Assembly: GCA_977017645.1 (NCBI GenBank) | Contig: OZ360237.1 | Span: 19,158,001 to 19,222,000 of the forward strand | Direction of reading: 5' to 3' | DNA length: 64,000 bases | From: Torpedo marmorata | Lineage: Eukaryota | Shown: positions 37,592-47,123 of the stretch, piece by piece | How the letters are laid out: each line of letters begins with the position of its first letter | How positions within the stretch are numbered: the first letter of the stretch is position 1 | Program-made: the position numbers and the translations under genes | Notes under the pieces: generated by a model | Seen by the model: the letters and a program-made list of their open reading frames with translations, nothing else | Database searches by the model: none | What the model was told of the DNA's origin: nothing

Positions 37592-40500
37592 TGTGGTAAA
37601 CCACTGTATGTGTGTTGTGGGGCTGGGGATAGGTTTGGACATGCCCTGCTGACTGTCCCGGTGACCCCTCTCACAATCCCCTTGAATAAAGGCCATTGTG
37701 CCACAACTCCTCCCCTCAGTCCGGGACAGATCAGCAGCTCGAATGTAGCTCCATTCTATATCTAATAAAAGCCTTTCAGTACAATACTACTTCCAGTCTT
37801 TTGGGAGTCATTGATAGGTGTATCAATTTTATTGGATATATTGTCAAATGGAGAGCGTCCTGAGACTGGACAAGCTGGACATCGATCCGCTGGCTCCAGA
37901 CGCCAGTAACGCTTTCGAACTCTGGTTAACCTGTTTCTAATCGTTTTTAAGGATGATCAAAGTGGAAGACGAGGACAGAAAACGCATGGTCCTCGTCTCT
38001 AGGGTAAGCCCCAGAGTCTACTCGACGATCCGAGATTTTCAGTCTTACGGGGACGCCATGGATGCCTTAAAACGGCTGTACATAATGCCTGTGAACTCAG
38101 TATACGCGAGGCACAGGCTAACGACGCGGCAGCAGCGGCCCGGGGAGCGATCACGGAATTCGTACGGGACATACAGTCGCTCGTACGGGCGTGCGATTGC
38201 AGGGCGCTGACGGCTGAGGAGCATGCAGAGCTGTTGGGGAGAGACACTTTCGTCACGGGGATAAGGTCAGTATATGTGCGCCAGCGGCTGCTGGAGCATG
38301 CTGACCTGACCTTTCGTTCGGCCGTTCAAATGGCCCATACGCTGGAGGCCGCGCTGCGGAACTCAGACGCTATGCAAGCGCGTGACCTCCAGCAGGCGCC
38401 ATGGATGGCCCTGACCCCCCACCCTGCCAGCGATCCGACTACCGCCGCCATCAGCCGCGACCTAACTGCCGCCGCCGCCGCCAGACGTGACCCGACTACC
38501 GCCGCCATCAGCCGCGAGCCCGAGAAATGTTATTTCTGCGGGCTCGAGAAACACCCCCGAAGACGCTGCCCTGCCCGAGACGCGACCTGCTCCAGCTGTG
38601 GCAAGAAAGGCCACTTCGCAAAGGCCTGCCGCTCAATGCCGCGAGCGGGTCCGAGCAGCGCCGCGTGCGAGATTCGGGGGCGACCATCTTACTTTTCGTC
38701 ACTTCCGGCATCCTATCCGCCCGCGGTTGCCAACACGTGCGAAGAATGGGGGTGGCCATCTTGGACCTCGGCATTTCCGGCGCCACCATCTTACTGCTCC
38801 GATGCCAACACGTGCGATCCACGGAGGCGGCCATCTTCTTCAACTCCGACGTCGGATCAAGATTACGAGCCTACACTGGCGTCGGTGACGCTCGATCAGA
38901 GTGCACCCCATCAATTATCGCGATCGATGATGGACATCCTGGTTGGAGGACACAAAACAAACTGCCTGTTCGACACAGGCAGTACAGAGAGTTTCATTCA
39001 CCCCGACACGGTACTGCGATGCCGGTAAGCCAAAGGGTTACCATGGCTTCCGGGTCGCACACAACAGACATCCGGGGGGGTTGTGTAGCGACGATTGTAG
39101 TACAGGGCACGGAATATCGGGACTTCTCGCTACTAGTTATGCCTCGACTGTGTGCGCCTGTACTACTGGGACTCGAGTTCCAGAGTCACTTACAGAGTGT
39201 TACAATGCAGTACGACGGGCCCCTTCCAGCGATTACCGTTGGTAACCACCAGTACCTTAAAAATACATCCCAGACTACCTGCGGCCTCTCCACCCTCAAC
39301 ATCTCTCCCCCATCGCTATTCGCCAACCTGACCACAGACTGTAAACCTGTGGCGACCAAGAGCAGGCGATACAGCGCAGGGGACAGGACATTTATTAATT
39401 CGGAGGTGAGGCGATTTCTTGGGGAAGGGATCATTGAACCAAGCACAAGTCCCTGGAGGGCCCAGGTAGTCGTGGTAAAGAATGGGAGTAAGAATAGGAT
39501 GGTGGTGGACTATACTCAGACGATTAACAGGTTCACGCAGCTGGACGCATACCCCCTTCCACGCATTGCGGATATGGTGAACGAGATAGCGCAATACAAG
39601 CTATTTTCTACCATAGACCTCAAATCGGCCTACCACCGGCTCCCTATTCGCCGGGAAGACCGCGCTTACACTGCCTTCGATGCGGACGGCAGGCTTTATC
39701 ATTTCCTGCGAGTCCCCTTTGGCGTCACTAACGGGGTATCCGTCTTCCAGAGGGAGATGGACAGGATAGTGGACCAGTTCGGTCTCAAAGCCACTTTCCC
39801 GTACCTGGACGACATCACTATCTGTTGTCACGATCGCCAGGACCACGATAACAACCTCCGGAAGTTCCTCCAGGCGGCCAAAGCACTTAACCTCACGTAC
39901 AATAAGGATAAGTGCGTGTTCGGGACCACCCGACTCGCCATCCTGGGGTGTGTCGTGGAGAACGGGGTCATCGGCCCCGACCCCGATCGCATGCGCCCCC
40001 TGTTGGAACTACCGCTTCCCCCACACCCTCAAAGCCCTCAAAAGGTGCTTGGGCTTCTTTTCGTACTACGCCCAGTGGGTCCCCAATTACGCAGATAAGG
40101 CCCGACCCCTAGTCAAGTCCACCACGTTTCCCCTTGCAGCGGAGGCAAGTGAGGCTTTCAGCCTCATAAAAGGGGACATTGCTAGAGCTGCAATGCATGC
40201 GGTGGACGAGTCCACTCCCTTCCAGGTAGAGAGTGACGTGTCTGACTTCGCACTGGCTGCTACCCTCAACCAGGCGGGAAGACCGGTGGCGTTCTTCTCC
40301 CGTACCCTCCAAGGCCCAGAAATTCGGCACTCTGCGGTGGAGAAAGAGGCCAAGGCCATAGTGGAAGCTATTCGGCACTGGAGGCACTATCTCGCCGGCA
40401 AAAGGTTTACTCTGCTGACTGACCAACGCTCAGTAGCGTTCATGTTTAACAATCAGCAGCGGGGTAAAATCAAAAAAGATAAAATCATGAAGTGGAGAAT

Positions 40501-42044
40501 CGAACTCTCCACCTACAACTACAACATACTGTACCGGCCCGGGAAGCTCAATGAGCCCTCCGATGCTCTATCCCGAGGGACGTGCGCTAGCGCACAGATC
40601 GACCGGCTGTACGCCCTCCACTGCCACCTCTGCCACCCCGGAGTTACCAGGCTGTTCCACTTTGTGAAGGCCCGTAACTTACCCTACTCCCTAGAGGAGG
40701 TCAAGACAATGACCAGCAGCTGCCGGGTCTGCGCTGAGTGCAAACCGCAATTCTATCGCCCTGACAAGGCACAGCTGGTCAAGGCCACCTGCCCCTTCGA
40801 GCGACTCAGTGTCGACTTCAAGGGCCCCCTCCCCTCCACCGACCGCAATGTGTACTTTCTCAATGTGATTGATGAGTACTCGCGGTTTCCCCTTTGCTAT
40901 CCCCTGCCCCGATACCTCGGCCATATCCGTCATTAAAGCTCTTCGCAAGATATTTACCCTATTTGGTTTCCCCAGCTATATACATAGCGACCGGAGATCC
41001 ACGTTCATGAGCGAAGAGCTACGACAATATCTGCTGGCCAGGGGTATTGCCACTAGTAGGACCACGGCATACAATCCACGGGGTAACGGACAAGTGGAAA
41101 GGGAGAACACCACTGTCTGGAAGGCCACGCTCTTGGCCCTCAAGTCCAAGGGATTGCCGGTCTCCCGCTGGCAAGAAGTCCTCCCCGAAGCCCTCCACTC
41201 TATTCAGTCCCTGTTGTGTACTTCTACAAACGCAACTCCTCACGAAAGACTCTTTTCCTTCCCTAGGAAGTCGACCACCGGGACCACCCTACCCGCATGG
41301 CTGACGTCCCCAGGACCGGTGCTGCCCCGCAAGCACCTTAGGAGTAATAAATATGCACCGATGGTTGAAAGGGTTCAGTTAGCCCATGCAAACCCCCAGT
41401 ACGCCTACGTGGTCTTCCCTGATGGGCGGGAAGACACCATCTCCATACGGGACCTGGCGCCCGCAGGAGCGCCGGAAACTGCCCTTGAACACCCCCTTAT
41501 TACAATTTCTCACCCCAACACGACACCACACCCTCCAACAATTTCAATGTTACCGGATGTTCCGGTACCGCAAATCAGACAGGAGGCAGCTCTACCGCCT
41601 CCCCCATCACCACAGGTACTATCGCCCACCCCATCACCACAGGTACTATCGTCCACCCCATCACCACAGGTACTGCGCAGATCGCAGCGTCGGACTCGAC
41701 CGCCTGACCGACTTGATCTGTAACTGTATATATCTTTGTACATAGTTCTGTAATGTTTTATTAGTGTTCACTTCACCCCGCTGGACTCTTTTTAAAAAAA
41801 AGGAGGGGTGAATGTGGTAAACCACTGTATGTGTGTTGTGGGGCTGGGGATAGGTTTGGACATGCCCTGCTGACTGTCCCGGTGACCCCTCCCACAATCC
41901 CCTTGAATAAAGGCCATTGTGCCACAACTCCTCCCCTCAGTCCGGGACAGATCAGCAGCTCGAATGTAGCTCCATTCTATATCCAATAAAAGCCTTTGTA
42001 CAATACTACTTCCAGTCTTTTGGGAGTCATTGATAGGTGTATCA
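37592..42044 (+). mobile_element. Full-length Gypsy (Mag-like) LTR retrotransposon, mildly degenerate
   Basis: LTRs at 37592-37825 and 41813-42044 (TG…CA; 2 substitutions and a 2-bp indel seen), TSD ACGAT, purine tract AAAAGGAGGGGTGAA, and gag-PR-RT-RH-IN order. Confidence 0.96.
37848..41723 (+). pseudogene. Gypsy gag-pol with a stop and frameshifts
   Basis: Gag knuckles CYFCGLEKHPRRRC and CSSCGKKGHFAKAC; protease LFDTGS; RT FPYLDD; RNase H ESDVSD…AVEKEA; integrase HCHLCHPG…CRVC, SVDFKGP, HSD, NGQVER. Confidence 0.92.
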
Positions 42045-42199
42045 ACGATATGCCCTATTTTCTGGGAACACGTTTCCCCCCCCCCCCCCCATAACATGGG
42101 AGTTGCCTGCTCTTGCCATTCACGGAATTTTGACAACCAGTATCAGTGTCAAGCAGAAAGGTTATCCCTCCTGCTCAGGCATGCAATTTGATTGGACCA

Positions 42200-42336
42200 T
42201 TCTTACCTTGATGAAGTGCACAAGCCCGAAACATTGGTTATCTTTGCTGTATAAATTCACTGTTTGACCAGCTGAGTTTCTCCAGCATTGTGTTTTCACT
42301 TCAATCACAGTGTCTGCAGACTTTCATGTTTTACTC
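42200..42336 (+). mobile_element. Penelope pLTR 3' part with hammerhead-like core
   Basis: TACCTTGATGAAGTGCACAAGCCCGAAACATTGGTTA, followed by the family 3' end …GTTTTACTC. Confidence 0.7.
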
Positions 42337-43689
42337 CTGAGCTCAGTTGGCTTTCTGCTGAGGTGAAAAGTCATCTCTAACTATGGTTTATGGTAATAGA
42401 AGAGTTTGTTGTATTTTGAAACTTCATGCACATACTATTCAGGTAGAAACTGAAATAATGTCAACAAAAAAGTTAAATAATTATTTTCATGTCTACAATA
42501 TTTCTGAATATTTATTATGGGAATCACAATCCACAGATAAAAAAAATAGTTTTACGTAGTCAAAGAGTATACTAATCTCTGATATGGCTCAGTAAACTTT
42601 TAAGAACTTGATTGTTCGTGTGTTGCAAAGTGTAACTTTTACAGCGAGAATATTTAACAATGAACTGAAGTTCTCATAAATGCATCCTGGAATCTCTGCC
42701 AGCAACTTCAGATTTTTGCCCTGGACTTTGCCTGTTTTTATTATACAATTGCTAGTCAATGCAGTAATGATAAATTTCAACATCAAAATCTAGACCATTG
42801 TGCTCCTGTACACACCAGTGACAATTCATTCCTTCAGAATTAATAACAGAGTTATTCTTTAAAAAGGTGTTCCAATAATTCCTGAAATGTAATCCACTCA
42901 TTCGCATATGTGACCAGTAAATGATTAGGTAATAATCTCACACATGAATAGACTAGTTTGATATGTTACTTACTTTAAATGAAAATCCAATATTGTGAGT
43001 GTAATAAATTGGATTCCTCGCACATACAAGTACTTCAGTGCAATTTATTGTACATTTAAACCCTGCTCTGAATGCTAATTTAATTTGTTTTGTTGGGGCA
43101 AAGAACTCATGTTCCAAAGAATTGCTGAGGTATAGATCCATCATAACATTTAAATATTTGCATTTGTTGATCCTATGGTATTAAACTTGTAGCTTTAATT
43201 CATGTGTTTAATCTGCTGCAGTGCATGTAATTTTTCTTGCATTGCATCATTATTATATATCTGTGCTCCGTTGCAATGTTTGCAAAATATCTGTACTCTC
43301 TTTCAAATTATGACAGCAGATTACTGGATTATTTGCTCAAAGGATGGTTAATTATGTATGCATAATTCACCAGAATCATTAAAAACTTGTTGAAGTAACA
43401 TGTGACAAAAGAAAATTATATTAGAATTAATAAAATTAGAATTTTCTCCAAACTTAGCAGTTTCTTGAACGTGGTGTGGTTTGTGCCAGTTACACTCTAC
43501 ACCCACATTTAGATTTAATCTGGAAACTGTTTTGTGCATCTGAGTTGACTACTTGCAAAACTGTTGATGAGCAAATTAGCATTTAATACAAATGTGCATT
43601 ATTCACAATCCAGCAAATGTACATATGAGTTCTGAACAAAAGTAAACACGGACCACTTCCAGCCGTTCACTAATGTGAGCTGAACCTGT

Positions 43690-44127
43690 TTGCTGTCCTG
43701 GTTGGAGAGTTCCAGAAATTCACCACCATCTGAGTGCAGAACATTTTCCCTATCTCAGCTCTGAACAGCCTTTCTCAACTGTATCCTCTAGTTCTTCTTT
43801 TTCTTAGTTAGGGGTAACATGCATCTAGCCCATCAAACAATTGAAGAATCTTGTAAGTTTTGTTGAGATCACGTCCGACTCTTTAAAACTCTAAATAAAA
43901 TACAGTCATAGACAACTTGATATCTCCTCAGATGGCAGCCCACTATCTCTGTAATCAGGCCTGTGATTCTTTGTTGTACTCTCTCAGTAGCAAGTACATA
44001 ATTTTTAAGGTAAGAAGACCAGAACTGCATACAATACTTCAGATGTGGTCTCATCAAGACACTAAACAACTGAGATAAAACTTCATGATCCTACAATCAA
44101 AACCCCTTATAATAAAAGTTAACATAC
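43690..44127 (-). mobile_element. Old CR1 fragment (continues at ~50149-50800 beyond the BEL insertion)
   Basis: LMRPHLKYCMQFWSSYLK…ERVQQRITGLI; KDLGVLVH on the far side. Confidence 0.7.
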
Positions 44128-44525
44128 TATTACGGTGACTTCGATCCACCAATAGTCACCTGGAGGCTAAGTGTGGTCCTTGTCTTTGACGCGTTTTAAT
44201 CAATTTACTAACAAAGTCCAATATGTTCAAAAACCTTTATTTACACACATGACTTGCAGTAATCTTCAATGACTTTAATATAAACAGTTCTTGTAAACGA
44301 TGTATGATGAGTTCCTTTAAATAGTTCTTTAAACAATTCCAAAACGATATGAAAACACTGTAGAACGATGTAAAAGTTATAAAACGATATAAAACGGTCA
44401 ATAAAGATGTGGAGACCTCACTCACCCTCCAAACATCTTATTCTTTCCTTTTCTCTCTCTCTCTGCTTGAATATTCACGCTTCCTCCGTCACTCCTAATG
44501 GCTCTGCGCACCCTCCACCGCGCAT

Positions 44526-44607
44526 ACTACAATTCCCAGCCTCCCACGCGCACAATGACGTCATTCCATACTGCGCATGCGCCCGTCGGCACTCCAGCGC
44601 ATGCGCA
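44526..44607. promoter_or_regulatory. Cluster of ZNF143/THAP11, CRE and NRF1 motifs in the BEL LTR (repeated at ~49831-49912)
   Basis: ACTACAATTCCCAGC at 44526-44540, TGACGTCA at 44556-44563, TGCGCATGCGC at 44572-44582 and GCGCATGCGCA at ~44597-44607. Confidence 0.65.
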
Positions 44608-44614
44608 GAGCACA

Positions 44615-44775
44615 GAACGGGCCGATGACGGCCCACAGACAACGCGAGCTCTCCGAACGGGCCGAGGACGGCCTACCGACAACGCGAGCGCTCCGAACGG
44701 GCCGAGGATGGTCTACCGACAACGCGAGCGCTCCGAACGGGCCGAGGACGGCCTACAGAACAACGCGAGCGCTCC
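44615..44775. repeat. 40-bp CpG-rich tandem repeat, ~4 units, in the BEL LTR U3 (also ~49920-50080)
   Basis: Unit GAACGGGCCGAGGACGGCCTACCGACAACGCGAGCGCTCC. Confidence 0.9.
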
Positions 44776-45039
44776 AAGGCCCGACGAGACATCGGAGCGC
44801 CGCAACAACTGTAAGTTAACGAGCCTACGGCTCTTACACCGGCCCCTAATTATTATAATTAGACGTAATGTCTTGAATAATAATTACACTATAAATAATA
44901 ATAACCATAACATACAAAACAATACAAATCTTCTTTCTTCCTTCTTCATAAATCTAGAGTTTACCATAACTCTGATTCAACAAAAGTCTGTAACCTGTGA
45001 AATATACAACAACAAATAAAGTCAGTTTATATTTATCAA

Positions 45040-45220
45040 AGTTCCTCCGTCTCCAACAAACGACAGACCTTGTTAATAGGTCTGTTTAGAAAACCAGTCT
45101 TAACTTTAATTCGCACTTGACGCACAAGTCCTCTTTGTCTTGAAAAGTCTCAATAATCTTTTCCAAGTAACCAGGAATTTCTTGAAGTTGAACCATCCAT
45201 AACAATCACAATGTCTCTCC
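45040..45220 (-). pseudogene. Frameshifted BEL integrase C-terminal (DUF5641-like) remnant
   Basis: Manual translation: DIVIVMDGSTSRNSWLLGK/IIETFQD/RGLVRQVRIKVKTGFLNRPINKVCRLLE. Confidence 0.8.
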
Positions 45221-45257
45221 AAAGTTCTTCCATCTCTATAATCTTTGAGTTAAAACG

Positions 45258-47123
45258 TCAACCAGTAAACCTCAAATCCTCCTCAGACAAAATAGATACA
45301 GTTTTTCTTTTGAATTTAACATAAGGCACTTCTTCAGCATGTCGTTTCACTTTATTCCTTTCTTCAGTATTCCACTTCTCATGTGAAGAATTTAAACTCT
45401 TAGAATTAGAATTAGAATATTTATCTGATTCTTTCAATTTTAAACAGGTCTGTTTAACCACTCTGGTTTCTATTGCTCTTTCCTGCAATTCTAAATCCAA
45501 TTTTGCAACTTTCAATTCAGTCTCAGCTCCTTCCGAGAAATTAATTATTTGTTCTGAAGTCAAAATATCATGTGATACATGGATATTTTCATTGTCAATC
45601 CTGTTGCGGCAAACTTGAAATTTTTTAATTTCTTCATCTTGTTTGTTACATTTTTGCAATGCAATATCACAATCTTTCTGTATTGTTAATTGTTTTGTGT
45701 TATTAACCAATAACTTGTTCTCTTTTAAAACATTAATCTCTTCCTCCAACCTTTTACATTGTGATAATGCTGAATCTCTTTCCTCGATAACTGTATTCAT
45801 TTCTTCAGCAGTTATTCTTTTCTTCCGCTTTCTGACTTTGCGAGTTTTACTTACAATTAAATCTTTCTGTTTACTGTTTTCTTGATTATCTAATATTTCC
45901 AATTCCCCTTTCAACATTTTGTTCTTTGAATTCAATTGCATTAAATTATCGTTCATATTATTCTTTATTCCATCAGCACAATTTTCTGTGTTCTCCAGTT
46001 TTACATCACATTGCAATAATTCTTCATTAGCTTTGTCTGTTGTAATCTCTGAACTACAAAATCTACATTCAGATTTGTTTTCAATCACTTGTTTTATTCT
46101 TGTATCTGATTCAATTACACATGAATGATCAATAGTATTATTTGCAACATCTAATACTTCACTTTCATCCATTTCTGACGAAATTAATTCCTTCAATGTT
46201 GTTTTAAATATCATTGATTTATTTTCACATTGATCTGTTTTCTTTTCTTCATAAGTGATTTTCTTATTCACGGTTTTTTGCTCTTCGCTTAACTCTTCAA
46301 CTTTCTCAACCGAAATTCTATTAATATTTATCGCTAACTGTTCCTGAGCAATATCATTATTTCTTTCCAATGGTCCATTGATTGTCCAACCAAACTTGGT
46401 TCTAATAGCGTAAGGTCCATTCCTTTTACTCTCTATTACTTCTTTCGGTTCCAAAACCTTTGGCACATCTGAACCAATCAGCATTTCTATCTTAGAATTA
46501 ATTTCAGGTAAATAAACCTTCCACAGATAAGCTAAATGATGGATATCCCTTCGATGAGGAATATTTCCTTCATTCACAGGCATAGTCTTCTGAGTATATA
46601 CACTTGGAAGATCACAAAATTTTTTGTCATCCAATCCAGCAACCTCTAAGCCTGAAACAATGTTAGTTTCAACAATCTTTTCTTGTCCCATGGTTTTTAA
46701 CATAATTTTTGATCTTCTTCCTTGAATATTAAGTTTATTCATTAGTCCTTCCGTGCAAAAAGATGCAGTGCTGCCTGGGTCTAGAAATGCATATGTTTTT
46801 ACTATTACATCCCCTTTCTTGGCCTTGACTTGTACAGGCACTATTGAAAGTTTGCAGTTATCCACACCGGCCCCAGTAAGACCACTTGTCTGAACCGAGG
46901 TTATAACATTATTTTCTGTTGTTTCCTTTGTTTCTGTTTGCTCTTTTTCCAATTCCTTGTTTCTGTTATGGATATGCAAAATTCTAGGATGTTTCAAATT
47001 GCATATGTTACAATTAATTCGCTTCTCGCAGTTTTTACTGATGTGCCCTTTACACAGACAGCTAAAACATATTCCATTTTCCTTTAAGAAAGCGATCTTT
47101 TCCTTATGTTCCTTCTTTTCCAA
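45258..47123 (-). CDS. BEL/Pao zinc knuckles and aspartic protease fused to a MIPOL1-like coiled-coil region
   Basis: CFSCLCKGHISKNC, CNICNLKHPRILH, AFLDPGSTASF, LIGSD and PYAIRTKFGWTINGP, then ~340 aa of non-pol sequence including RITAEEMNTVIEERDSALSQCKRLEEEI. Confidence 0.8.
   Translation of the reverse strand: MEKKEHKEKIAFLKENGICFSCLCKGHISKNCEKRINCNICNLKHPRILHIHNRNKELEKEQTETKETTENNVITSVQTSGLTGAGVDNCKLSIVPVQVKAKKGDVIVKTYAFLDPGSTASFCTEGLMNKLNIQGRRSKIMLKTMGQEKIVETNIVSGLEVAGLDDKKFCDLPSVYTQKTMPVNEGNIPHRRDIHHLAYLWKVYLPEINSKIEMLIGSDVPKVLEPKEVIESKRNGPYAIRTKFGWTINGPLERNNDIAQEQLAININRISVEKVEELSEEQKTVNKKITYEEKKTDQCENKSMIFKTTLKELISSEMDESEVLDVANNTIDHSCVIESDTRIKQVIENKSECRFCSSEITTDKANEELLQCDVKLENTENCADGIKNNMNDNLMQLNSKNKMLKGELEILDNQENSKQKDLIVSKTRKVRKRKKRITAEEMNTVIEERDSALSQCKRLEEEINVLKENKLLVNNTKQLTIQKDCDIALQKCNKQDEEIKKFQVCRNRIDNENIHVSHDILTSEQIINFSEGAETELKVAKLDLELQERAIETRVVKQTCLKLKESDKYSNSNSKSLNSSHEKWNTEERNKVKRHAEEVPYVKFKRKTVSILSEEDLRFTG

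Noticed and set aside
41600-41675. 27-bp tandem repeat encoding PSPQVLSPT
   Set aside because: Ordinary low-complexity expansion in the Gypsy integrase tail.
44498-45019. 173-aa ORF with repeated peptides (and its twin at 49803)
   Set aside because: Read-through of the 40-bp LTR tandem repeat.
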